From Octopus sinensis (taxonomy: Eukaryota), in NCBI RefSeq assembly GCF_006345805.1, contig NC_043006.1:6448001-6512000 (forward strand): a stretch of 64,000 nt of DNA, written 5' to 3'. Of the stretch, positions 23,760 to 35,965 are shown in pieces. The translations under genes and the position numbers were made by a program. The first letter of the stretch is position 1. Each line of letters opens with the position of its first letter. Under the pieces are notes generated by a model. That model was not told the origin of the DNA. It ran no database searches and saw only the letters and a program-made list of their open reading frames with translations.

Positions 23760-25648
23760 TGACGCGGTGTAATGGTTGTTCCACTCTGTGCCAATTTATT
23801 TTCGACCGCAGAAATATAACATCTAAAATCCCTTTCATAGCTTAGTTTTCGTTGTTTTAATACGTAGCTACTTACAAGGTGGTTTGTAAAATAAGGGATG
23901 GATAGACATGACTAATTTAGCTAAAAATCTGAATTTAGCTTCATCTCTGAAGGCTCTCTTGCAGAACAAAAATGTTCGTAGCTTTTCACACAAGTGTGCA
24001 GGGATGTAAGCGTGTGTATGCGTGTATATATGTGGCATAGAAAAAAAAAGATAGTGATAGATGTTAATTTTGAAATTGGATAAGACAAAAGGGTATAGTA
24101 ACCTCGGCAGGACTAAGGTAAACAGAAATCAAGCACATCAGAGTTACCAAAAATAAGAGACCAAACAGTGAATCTTTCTCTATTATAAGCATCATTCAAA
24201 GATTCCAAACTCACACTCATTAACTGCATTAGCCTTCAGCCTGTGTGATAACGAATCCAGTCTGTATTTGACTCTGCTGTACGGATCCAAACTGCTTCCA
24301 TACAACTGGATGGAAATAATTGTTTGGTTATCATATCACACGTTTTCTTACTCTTCAGATCAGTCATCGACTAATTCAGCAGTCTTGTTATGGTATCCGT
24401 CACCAATATATATGAAAATGTCAGTGAAAACAATATTTCTACTGATACTAATCAAGTAACACACCATTTAATGCTTGAAATATATTAATATACGAATCAA
24501 TAACACTTTAATATTGAATATTCTTAATTTTGTGTTTCAAGGCACTTGATAATATTTAGTTTTAATTGTACCTGTATATGTGCTATTTTGTAATATGTAG
24601 AGTATCATATATTCACTATTTCCTTAGCATATACTTAAAAATATTAACTTTCTTAACAGATTTTTATAGAAAACAATATTTTATAACTCTTTGTTACCCC
24701 ACTGTGTTTAAATTCAAAATGATATTGAAGCTGTATTTGTTTCTCACAATTTTTTTAATGGAATTTTTCCAGCTGTTCGTGTCGGTAGGGGAACAATATT
24801 TCATTGCAGAAGATGGGAATTAAATTACATATCACCAAGCGTATTTTAATTTCAATTTCTTTCTGGCAAGTTCTTGATATATGTTAAACTTATTCAAGTT
24901 CTCACATTGGACAATTACTCTTGCGATTTGGAAATTCCAAGGGTAGTTGCGATGCTTCACCTGTCACTGCAAAGACCAATTGCATGGTATTATTTTTCCA
25001 GCAAAGGGCTATCAATCATTTATAAAGTATTTGCGCAGCTTTCCTTTTTAAGAAAAAATGCTATATTAAAGAATTTCTGCTTGTTAACCGAAGGAAAAAC
25101 GCTATTTCAAGAGGAATTATTTTTTGTTTTGGCATTCAATCGACCAACAGATAAAAATCTAATATCATTTTAATTAAATACGACTGAAAGATTAATTGGT
25201 GAAATTCGAGTTTTATTTAGAAATAAAACCAAAAGCTCAAACAATATACGAAAGATAAACAAGAGAAAAATCCATTAAATATTATGAATCGAATAAAGAT
25301 AATACTTATAAATAAATATAAAAATACACCTAAAACATAATACAAGGCCAGGATAAAAATTTATTTCATTTATCAAATATTTCTTCCGTTGGTGTAAATT
25401 AAGCATTGGTTTTATTTTTCAAAGTAATATCATCGGATTCTTATTATTTGGCGAAGCATTTTCTTTGAAATTCACTAACCTGGAGAATTTTGCCAGAAGG
25501 AGTGAAAGAAGGTTCAAACTAGTTCTTTGATTGGTTATGTGAAAAAGAACAATGATCATAACGTGCTTTCAGAGTAGCAGTAAACTTACAGTGTACAAGT
25601 GACTCTTAATCACAGAAACAGCTGTTAGGTTTATAATTTTATTTCATA

Positions 25649-26037
25649 CTAGCAGTATCGCCCGGCGTTGCTCGGATTTGTAAGGAAAATAACTATAAAG
25701 CATATTTAGAGAGTTATAGCCAAAAAATAGCAAAAAAATGCATTAAAAATGGAAAAAATATGATGGTAAATTTTTCAAGAAATCGTTGACTCATCGTAGA
25801 CATTTTTAGAGAGTTACTTCCCTTTAAAAAATATGCCTTAAAATGGAAAAAAATGATGGTAAATTATTTTAAAAATCGTAGACTCATCGTAGACGCGTGC
25901 TAATACCCAGAAGGGCTCGATATGAATCACGACTATAAGATACCCGGTTTTGGTTAAACTGCACCGCAAAATGTGGGAGTAGTTAGGAATCTAAATCGTA
26001 GGAGACAGACACACAACTTCGCTTTTATATATAAAGA
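25649..26037 (-). mobile_element. Non-autonomous Helitron (same family)
   Basis: Same termini, hairpin and A|T site. Highly similar to 23361-23759. Confidence 0.88.
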
Positions 26038-26759
26038 TAAACAGCTTACATTTCTTTCCTTCGGGAACGTGGAATTTTTTTAATAATGTCTTAAATGTTT
26101 TCCGGTTTCCACAGGAAAAGAAAAGCAGATTCCAATAAGCTGACAACATAATCTATGTAAACCTGAATTATAACAGATATCTCCAATTTCAAATGTTTAA
26201 TCTGGGGGGCATGAGGAGTCTCCATGGTTTCACCGTTCTTGCGAGATCAATGTGATTGATGTTATTATTCTGGTTAAAATGTCGAAAGTTAATACCATCA
26301 TGTAGCCGTGAGCAGGAAAGGAACACTAGAAGGCGTCCTGGATACAAAAGAAGTTGGCTATAAAGCAGCGCTTGGGGAGTTGAACGCAACATGGACGATG
26401 AATGACGTAGTGACGAGTTAGAGGGGAAGGGATTGTTGAGGTAGCACGCGTGGAACGAAGTCCAAGTAACAATGGCTAATATAGTTGTAGTAATTCGATT
26501 GACGTTCTGGCACATCTAAATTCTGTGGTACTCCTCGTCTGGTTGCGCTGGTGATATAGAGAATATCACTGAGGCAATGGTCACACAAGGTAAAACAATT
26601 TAGAAATAGAACAAAAAGTTACCGATAGAAACAATACTGCTGCAGAATACACAGACAGACAGACAGACACACACACATATATGGTGGATTCTCTCATCGA
26701 AGACGATGAATGAGGGTTCAGTAAATAACCTTCAACAATTCCTAAGCCCTGTGTCTTCG

Positions 26760-26841
<82 letters not shown>

Positions 26842-27428
26842 ACACACATAGGGGAATTACAACCGTGTTTCGTGGTCTGCTACCACAACAGCTCCTTTAT
26901 AGGATCCAGTTAGCTCAAGATATCATCAGGAAGAACCACGTCCGGTTTCGGCCCCTATTCCTCTACCGTTTTGACGTGGCGTGCCCCCACCTTTCGGAGG
27001 TGTCTTCAGCTCTGGTGTTGGGTGCATGTCTTCTTTCTTCTTCTTTCTTCTGTTCCCTGGCCCTCTTCGATATATATATTCGTATATAGTGTGTGACCGT
27101 AAGTTTCTCTGTGTACACACAATCGCTTACACGTACACATAAATCCTCAAGTACTTATGGAAATGCACGTTAGCTTTTCAACAAGATGCAGAAGAGCGAC
27201 ACTCAAAATGCCGCAATTCAGCACAAAGGAAGGGAGCGACTTGGGTATCTTAGCAGGAGACAAGAAAGACAGTTTCGATCTTACCCCAAATTTTTTTAAT
27301 AAATAGTCAAATGGAAAAAATTATGGGAGTGACCGGCAGTAGTGGTTGTAACGGATAGAATTGAGAGTTAGAAAGAAAGAGAAGTGTAAGTGCTCAATAG
27401 ATCAGATAGTAAATAAAGAGTGTGAGCA

Positions 27429-27474
<46 letters not shown>

Positions 27475-27969
27475 GGAGAGGCAGGCAGAGAGACAAAGAA
27501 ACATACATATTAAATGGCAATGAAAACGAAAGAAAGACAAAGAGGACGAGAAAGAATGAACAAAGAAGATAGAAAGGCGGAAATGAAAATGTTGAGAGTT
27601 TCTGTGTCCTATTGATTTAGTAATGAAAATTCCGAGGAAGATGGATACGATTAACGCGGAAAGAATGAAAGACAAAGTAAGATCAAATGCAGTTTCGGCG
27701 CATTTTCAATACCACTAGGTATATTTCATAATTTTACTCGTATTTGGAGATAGTAAATGTGGTATTTTTATTGAGGAAATCTGTTACATTTGATGTTGAT
27801 CCACTTTCAATAGAACTATTATTGCTAATGATAAAAGTAATGTACAATGGTTTTACATATTTGCACAAGGCCAGCACGTTTTGGGGGACGGAGTATGTCG
27901 ATTACATACAGTGTACAAGTGGATCTTAATCACAGTAACAGCTGTTAGTTAGATTTATAACTATATTTC

Positions 27970-28315
27970 ATATTACCAGTTTGCATTTCAAATGGATGGC
28001 AGGTAAATTCCACTTCAGTGGAATTTGAACTCAGAACGCAAAGACGGACGAAATGCTGATAATCATTCGCGCTGAAGATTGTGCCAGCTCGCCGCATCAA
28101 ATAATCCATTCTACTATAGGCACAAGACCTGAATTTTCGTGGGAGGGACCTATTCGATTACAACGACCCCAGTGCGTGACTTGTACTTATTTCATCCACC
28201 TCGAAAGGATTGAAAGGCAAAAGCAACTTCAGCAGAATTTGGACTCGGAGCATGTAGACGGAAGCATTTTGCCCGGTGAGTTAATGGTTCTGTCCCCTTC
28301 AAATAATAAGCATAA
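27970..28315 (-). mobile_element. Two tandem older SINE family C-like copies
   Basis: Reverse complements of GGCGAGCTGGCA..GAGTTCAAATTCC..CCTTTCA..CC.TT units at 27970-28097 and 28118-28315. Confidence 0.65.
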
Positions 28316-28327
28316 TATATATTGATT

Positions 28328-28555
28328 AGGCGGCGAGCTGGCAGAAACGTTAGCGCGCCGGGCGAAATGCTTTGCGGTTTTTCGTCTGTCGTTACGTTCT
28401 GGGTTCAAATTCCGCCGAGGTCGACTTTACCTTTCATCCTTTCGGGGTCGATAAATAAAGTACCAGTTTCGCACTGGGGTCGATGTAATCGACTTACTCC
28501 CTTTGTCTGTCCTTGTTTGTCCCCTCTATGTTTAGCCCCTTGTGGGTAGTAAAGA
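28328..28555 (+). mobile_element. SINE family C, young copy with TSD
   Basis: tRNA-like head with long A-B box spacer; central CCTTTCATCCTTTCGGGGTCGATAAA. 14-bp TSD AATATATATTGATT at 28314-28327 and 28556-28569. Confidence 0.9.
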
Positions 28556-28574
28556 AATATATATTGATTTCAAA

Positions 28575-28805
28575 TTTTGGCACAAAACCTGCTGTTTTGG
28601 TTAGGGGATAAATCGATTACATCGACCCCAGTATTCAGCTTGTACTTATTTTATACAGACCCCCAAGAGGGTGAAAGGCAAAGCCGACCTAAGTGAAATT
28701 TGATCGTTGAACGAAAAGACGGATAAAACGCCGCTAAGCATATTACCCGGCATGCTAACGATTCTGCTATCTCGCTGCCTTCAAATGATAAACATAATAT
28801 GTATT
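28575..28805 (-). mobile_element. Older SINE family C-like copy
   Basis: Collinear with 28118-28315, including the flanking CCTTCAAAT(A/G)ATAA.CATAATAT. Confidence 0.65.
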
Positions 28806-29583
28806 AATGTATTAATGGTTATTGTCTTACATTTTAGATAAGTGTACATTTACTGGAAATCAGCAAATTCTTCTTAAAAAAAAATATTTAGTAATTGCAT
28901 ATCAGATGTTTATCGGTGATCGATGTTTACAATTCCAGTGACTTTCCACTCCATCAGCAGCTGTCATTGACATGTTTCTCCATCTCATTAGCGAGCGATG
29001 AAGTCATACAGCAACATTTTTATACCATCCACTAACTCGCTCCTCAAATATTTGAAATAAAAATGCAATATCGAAAATAATTACCAGCAGTGAGAGCTTC
29101 ATAGTGTCATGCACTTAGCACGTTTAACTGTACTTAACAAAATATATGAGGAACTAATTTATCCCTGTAAGTTAATAATGAGTAGATTCGTGTAATATAG
29201 AAAAAGAAAAGCAGCAAAAATCATCGTTATTGACATCTTAAATTAACAGAAATGTAAAGAAATGTGTTTTTAAAAAGGATGAAAAATTTAATCTTTTAGT
29301 GTCTTCATCGTTTTTTTTTACTTGAGATGAGTAGTATCATAACTGATTCCATAATACTACAAGTCACATCGTTAAGTTACTTGATTCGTAATTTGAATAT
29401 TTTCTAGTACTTCTTCGACATCCTCCTCCTCCTCCTCTCCTCCTCCTCCTCATCATCATCATCATCAACATCATCATCTTTTTCTTCTTCTTTCACTTCA
29501 TTGCCATCGTCATCGTTGTCATCGTCGTAGTTGTCGTCATCATCATCATAATCATCATCATCATAATCATCATAATCGTCATT

Positions 29584-30137
29584 GAGTGAGAGGGCATCTT
29601 ACGCGATGAAAGTGATGCTGGAGAACAGATATAGGAAACCCAGTCTTCACACCGTGACTGCCCATTTGAAAATGGTACACCAGTCACGGGCATCACAACT
29701 ACATGTGTGCAACATGGTAACCACATATCAAGATAAACATCGCGTGAACTTGCAAGTGGGGCAAAGTAAGAATTTTTTCTTCAAGTTGAGTAGCACATAC
29801 ACTTAAAAGTCCCCTTGATAGGGGATGTTTAAGCATGATGAAAAAAATACCCATGTTTCCAGACAGGGACCATTGAAACACCAAGGAATCCCTATAACGA
29901 TATACTTCTGATTGTTTCCAACTACTCCTGCGCCTGATCATAGGTGCACATATCGTCAGTCACTAAGGGAGAGACCCAACTGGGTAAGATCAAGCAGCTG
30001 ACAAGAAAATCTGTGATATTAAGCAAAATAATTGTTGCGGCCCATCTTTAATACCAAGACAAAATATGCATAGCACAAAATATGTCAAATCAGTTAAAAT
30101 CATAACACACCCAGTGCCTGGTATTGCATCAAAGCAT
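29584..30137 (-). mobile_element. ~555-bp (AAT)n-anchored non-coding repeat, older copy
   Basis: Collinear with 30267-30768 and with the reverse complement of 60194-60748. Flanked by trinucleotide arrays. Confidence 0.8.
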
Positions 30138-30153
30138 CAAAGCATCATCATCA

Positions 30154-30245
<92 letters not shown>

Positions 30246-30266
30246 ATTATTATTATTATTATTATT

Positions 30267-30768
30267 GAGTGAGAGAGCAGTGCATGCTATCAAAGTGACA
30301 CTGGGGTAAAATATACGAAGTCCAGTACACCCATCATGACTACCCGTCTGATAAGGGTACACTAGGCACATGCATCACAACCATATGTGCGCGACATGGT
30401 GATCTCATATTAAGATAAACAGCACATGACCTTGCAGGTGGGGCCCAGTTAGAATTTTCTTCAGGTTGAGTAGCCCATTCCGCTCAAAAGGTCCCTGAAT
30501 AAGGGTTGTTTAAGGATGTTGAAAGAACCACCCATGTTTCCAGAGGTGAATTATTCAAACCCCAAAGAATCCCTCTCAACACATGGCTCTGATGCTCCCC
30601 CACTATTTCTGCTCGTGATCAGAGATGCATATATCGTCAGCCACTAAGGGACATGCTCAACTGGTTAAGGTCAAACAACTGACAAGCAAATCTGTGGTAT
30701 TGAGCAGAATATTTGCTGTAGCCCATCTTTTATACCAAGACAAAACAATGTACATGATAACACTTCCA
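30267..30768 (-). mobile_element. ~555-bp (AAT)n-anchored non-coding repeat, lacking about 55 bp at one end
   Basis: Very high identity to the reverse complement of about 60250-60748. (ATT)n on both sides. Confidence 0.85.
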
Positions 30769-30831
30769 TTGTTTTTATTATTATTATTATATTATTATTA
30801 TTATTATTATTATTATATTATTATTATTATT

Positions 30832-33800
30832 ATGTGTTTGACTTTTGCTTTTCATTTGTACAAGTTGACTCCAAATCTCACCCAGAGACCTCAAGTGGCA
30901 ACAAGTTAGAGGTTCAAGTTGGTGTTATGCCGAGGGTGTCATATATTTAGTTTTGCACATAGAGAATGTTTAAGAAAACATATGAAAATTATGAGTTTGC
31001 TTTAAAATTTGAGATTATATAGACAGTATTTTACGTAGGATAGAGGCAGTTCCCATGATTACTAACTTTTGAATTTCTGCCATTTTTGGGTTTCTTGGTA
31101 TCTGAGCTAGTTGGGAATCAGCTCTTTTGCTATCATTCCTAGGGCACCTATGACAACAGATATTGTTTTAGTCTTGAGGTTCCACATTTTGCCAATCTCT
31201 ATTCCAAGATCTTTATATATACTCAGTTTTTGGTAGGTCTTGACAGATACATCTATGTCGATTGGGACAGTCATATCCGTGAGGAGGCATATTTGTCTGA
31301 AGTCTTTCAATTTAATGTTTGGCCTATTCGCATCTATCTGTTTGTCAGTTTCAACGGTGAAGTTCTAGAGGGATGAGATGTGATCATTTCCAAGCACTGG
31401 GGTGGTTTGTGTTTTCCACCAGTTTTTATCATGGGATAGGGCCAGTTTTCTGAAAATTACCCAATTAATATATTGTGCTGCTCTATCATGCCTGTTCAAA
31501 TACCCTGTAGGCCCAGAATGATTGCACATGGTGACAACATGATCAATGGTTTCATTTTGTTGTTTACTTACCCGACACGTTGGGCTACTGCCGTTCTTTA
31601 ATATGTTGGCCTGGTAGTTTCTTGTAGGTAGGCATTGATCATGGGTTGCTATGATAAACCCTTGTGTTTGTGATTTTAAACCAGAAGACACTAACCATTG
31701 ATGGGTAAGAGCTTTGTCAACATCGGCACCATTATCACTCTCTGGATATTTGTCATTGAGGTTTTTCTTGCCATTTATCAGTAAGAATATTTAAGGCAGC
31801 AGTTTTAGCAAGGGCTTTCATACGCTTAGCTTTTTCTGTGCTTGTCTCCAGGACGTCTAATTATGGAATTTTTTGTATTTGGAATTCATTTGGATATTCC
31901 TTTGCCTGATTTGTTACTGAGTATGAGGCTTTGTTGCTTTCAAGCTTTGAGACAAGTTTTAACATCCTGTCATCAGAGTTTTTAGGTAGACGTCTAGACC
32001 AAATCTGGCAATCGTCATTGTTAATTCCACGGCCACACTCTCTTCTTGGCCAGTAAAATCGTTCTATATCTGCCTTAGAGTGGTAATTCCACGTATTGTC
32101 AACAATTTGCGTATTTTTCTGCCAAGATTTCATATTTCATTAATTGACCAGTTAATGATAGTGAAACTGTAAGTAAAGACCTGCTTGGCTAAAGTATTGA
32201 TCGCTTCGATCCTGTTTCTTGCATTCAGCTCTATCTTTAGTATTGCCCCTACTCTGCGATAACAGTTTCTTCTGAAACTTTCCCTCATCACTGAATGTTT
32301 GATACACTCCCTTTCAAATATCCCTAGGTATTTGTAACTCTCCGCTAGTTCTAAGTATTTTATGACATTCCGATGGTGTCTAGATTACCATTGGATGTTT
32401 CTATCATTTTTTTTCCTTTGATAAAGGTAGCTTTTGCACATTTATCGAGGCCAAATTGCATCCTGATGTCCTCACCGAATTGTTTAACAATCGCTAGTAA
32501 GCGATGTATTTGTTAGCCATTTTTTACAAAGAGCATTAAATCCTTCATGTAAATGAGATTATTTATATTTTTTCAAACATTCTATAACCTTATTGTACAT
32601 CATTGAACAATTTCTAGAGAGGTATTAAAGTTAAACAAAAGAGGAGTGGTGATAGAGAGTCACTTTGGAAAATGCCACATGAAATTCTTACATCTCCAGC
32701 ATTAAGAGATTCATTGTCTGTGTTCGAAGTCAGTGTGCTTCTCCTTGATCTCATACTTACAGACAAAACTTTCGCAGAGTAGGTGATATTTTCTACATTT
32801 CCAGACATTTCTTAATCCAGCTATGTGCTAGACTATCAAAAGCTTTTTTATAGTCTATCCGGATTATCGACATGTTTTTGTGACATTTGTGACAATCTTC
32901 CAAGATCATCTTATTGATGAGTAGCTGATCTTTACATCCTCTTTGCTCATTAGGGAATAAGCCACAGTCTATTAACAAATAGGTGTATTCAGTTATGACA
33001 GATGCTAGCATTTTATACATTGTTGTTAAGCAGGTTATGCGTCTATAATTTTTGGGTTTATTTGTTTCTTAATTTTTTGGAAGTAGGAATGTAACACCAG
33101 TAGTCAATAGGGAATCATACTAGGTTGTTGCAAAACAACGTTATAAAATTTCGTTAGTGGTTCTTGGCTCTCGGGGCGGGGGGGGGCATTCAACCAGAAT
33201 TTAGGAATTTTATCCTTTACCGGAGACTTCCATTTGCTTGACTTCCTGGGAGCAGATCTTACATCCTGTACCTTGATACTCACCCACTTTTACTCTTCTC
33301 AGGAATCTAAGTCTGTAGATATTCTATCAATCCAAGGGGCCTTTTCATTGTGTGTTTTTTCTTCTGCCCAAATTTTATTCCAAAATTCTTGCACTACTTT
33401 CTTTGATGGGACAGACTTTACTGTAACTGGTATTTTCCCTATCTTCCTGTAAAATAATGTTGGGTTATTTTTTAAGATGTTGTTGCCCTAAGAATCTAAT
33501 GTGCAATTTATACCGTGTATGCAGGCAACTTTAGCATATACCTTTTACTTCATAGTTTCTATGGTAGTATCGATGTCAAATATGGCTTTCATATTTATAG
33601 TTTTCTTTAATTTTCGGATTTTTGCTGGTTTAATAGTCTTGCCAAACTTAAGGTTTTTTAAACATTCTATGTCATACCTAAGTAGCTGAATTTGGTGTTG
33701 AATACGCTCTTGCCAAGTACGATTTTTGTTGGAACGTTGTTGTTTTCTAATCTTTTCACCACATAGAAACGTTAAGAGTGGATGAGATCTGTAATATCAA

Positions 33801-34435
33801 CATCATTAGCTGAAATTATATCCTGAAATATAAGGTGTATTTTACCAATTATTTTCAAGTTTTGGTTTCAGTTGCGAATTTTTGTGAGAGTGTCGTGTTT
33901 ATTCATACTGGTTTCTTTAATTTTCAGCTCTTGAAACATGATTTGATTTTTTTATATCATGTAGTTCTGTTGGGTCAATTTCTGTGTTACTTTCTTCATC
34001 TATTTGATTTTCATCTGCCTTAGTGTTTATGGTTGGCTCAGATAGTATTTCATTTTGCTTATCAGTTATATCAACGCTTTCAATCATTATTGTATTTTCA
34101 TCAGCCCTGGGTTGGTCTATAATTATTTCCTCAGTAGTATCTTCTTTAGCTGCAACTTCGTTCATTTTATCCCTTAATGATTGTTTAATTTGGTCAATCT
34201 CTAATTCAGTTAACAATTTCCCCTCACTTTGGCAAGTTTGTTATTGTCTACGTAGGGTCTTATCTCAAAGTGGTACAGTATTAGATTTATTTGTGGGGAA
34301 ATATCTAGCATGATAGAAGGCCTTAAGAACTTCTTTATTATCTCCTATAGACCATTTTTCATTCTTTTTCTTTTGGCTACTTGATGACAAGCATAGATGA
34401 CCATCTGTTGGAATATTGCGGTTGTGGTGTACAAC
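30832..34435 (-). mobile_element. Near-full-length but inactivated R4/Dong-like non-LTR retrotransposon (RT, CCHC, restriction-like endonuclease)
   Basis: IDYKKAFDSLAHSW; GIFQSDSLSPLLF; YMKD (decayed YMDD); CRVSKQQNETIDHVVTMC; KLSIYKDLGIEIGKMW..VVIGALG. 3' UTR abuts (AAT)n. Many stops and frameshifts. Confidence 0.85.
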
Positions 34436-34439
34436 CACC

Positions 34440-35070
34440 TCTTATTTTTCGAGCACCTTCTGGAGTACTCGAGCGGTTCCAAGCACTGCTCTTTTCTGAA
34501 AGTTCTCCACCCTTATTGCAGCCCGTCTTTGTTCCACATACTTCTCGAGGATTTTGCTCACTGTTCCCAGGGCTCCGACAATGATTGTTACTACTGCTAC
34601 CTTTTCATCGACCACAACTGTTTACATTCCCAAGCTAACCTGTCATATCTCTCAACTTTTCTTTCTTCTTTATCGCATACCTTGTTGTCAGCTGGGTATG
34701 CTATATCTATGATCCAGCGTAGTTTGTTTTCTTTCTCAATTAAGACTATGTCCGGTTTCCTATTCTCTATTTCATGGTCGCACTGAATCCTAAAATCCCA
34801 TAGGATCTTTGCATTCTATTTTCGACAATTCCTTCAGGTTTGTGGTGGCATACATTGACTGGTAATATGCCATACGGTTTCACCGTTTTATCTACAGATT
34901 CTGCACTTATCACTTTCTGATGTGCTATCTATTCTGTATTTTATGTAGATTGTTCTTAGTGCTTGCTCTTGGGCAGCACAGATTAGAGCCTCCGTATCCG
35001 GTTTTAAATCACTTTTAGTCATCCACAGCAATCTTTTTTCTCTGTCTGTCTTATCTTCAACATCCCTATG
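34440..35070 (-). mobile_element. 3' fragment of a second R4/Dong-like family (RLE region)
   Basis: TEALICAAQEQAL...CRIC; IVVGALGTVSK...AVLGTARVLQKVLE. Confidence 0.75.
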
Positions 35071-35092
35071 AAATTGACCAATGAAATTGACC

Positions 35093-35145
<53 letters not shown>

Positions 35146-35146
<1 letters not shown>

Positions 35147-35545
35147 TATGTTTGACTTTTGCTTTATATTTGTACAAGTTGGCTCCAAGTCTCACCCAGA
35201 GACCTCAAGAGACAACAGGTTGGAAGTTCACGTTGTTGTTATGCTTAGGGTGCCATATATTTGGTTGTTTTTTTTTGGTGATGTAGATTTATCAGTGGGG
35301 AAATACATGGCATGGTAGAAGGCTGCAAGAACTTCTTTATTATCTTCCCTCGTCCATTTTTTCCTTCTTTTTCTTTTGATTATTTGGTGACGAGCATGGA
35401 TGGCCATCTGTTGGAATATTCCGGTTGTGGGATACGTCCAGCTCCTGTGTGTCGGAATTTCAATCAGAATTTGGTTCAATTTTCGTGTACGAGGTCTTTT
35501 GTAATCCGCTCGATGACCATTGCGGTTTGTAATTTGTTTTGTTGA
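35146..35545 (-). mobile_element. Internal-deletion derivative of the R4/Dong-like LINE (5' ORF start fused to 3' UTR)
   Basis: 35283-35545 overlaps the long copy's 5' end (RKKWTREDNKEVLAAFYHA vs KKWSIGDNKEVLKAFYHA). 35146-35265 matches its 3' UTR (30832-30950). (ATT)n on both sides. Confidence 0.8.
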
Positions 35546-35546
<1 letters not shown>

Positions 35547-35609
<63 letters not shown>

Positions 35610-35696
35610 GCTGTTGTTGTTGTTGTTCTTGTTCTTCTTCTTCGTCATCTTTTAACTATTATTGTTGTTGTTGTTGTCATCATCATCATCATCAAA

Positions 35697-35790
<94 letters not shown>

Positions 35791-35883
35791 GTCTTCTTCT
35801 TGTTCTTCTTCTTGTTCTTCTTCGTCGTCGTCTTCCTCTTCTTCTTCGTCTCCTCCTCCACCTCCTCCTCCTTCTTCTTCTTA

Positions 35884-35938
<55 letters not shown>

Positions 35939-35965
35939 CATTATTATTTTTATTATCGTTATCAA
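35547..35965. repeat. Compound trinucleotide array (ATT/GTT/CTT/CAT/CGT/CCT)
   Basis: Directly visible. Confidence 0.95.

Noticed and set aside
26900-27020. Cluster of CTGAAGA, CTGATGA and GAAA motifs on the minus strand
   Set aside because: I could not assemble stems I-III in any valid hammerhead topology.
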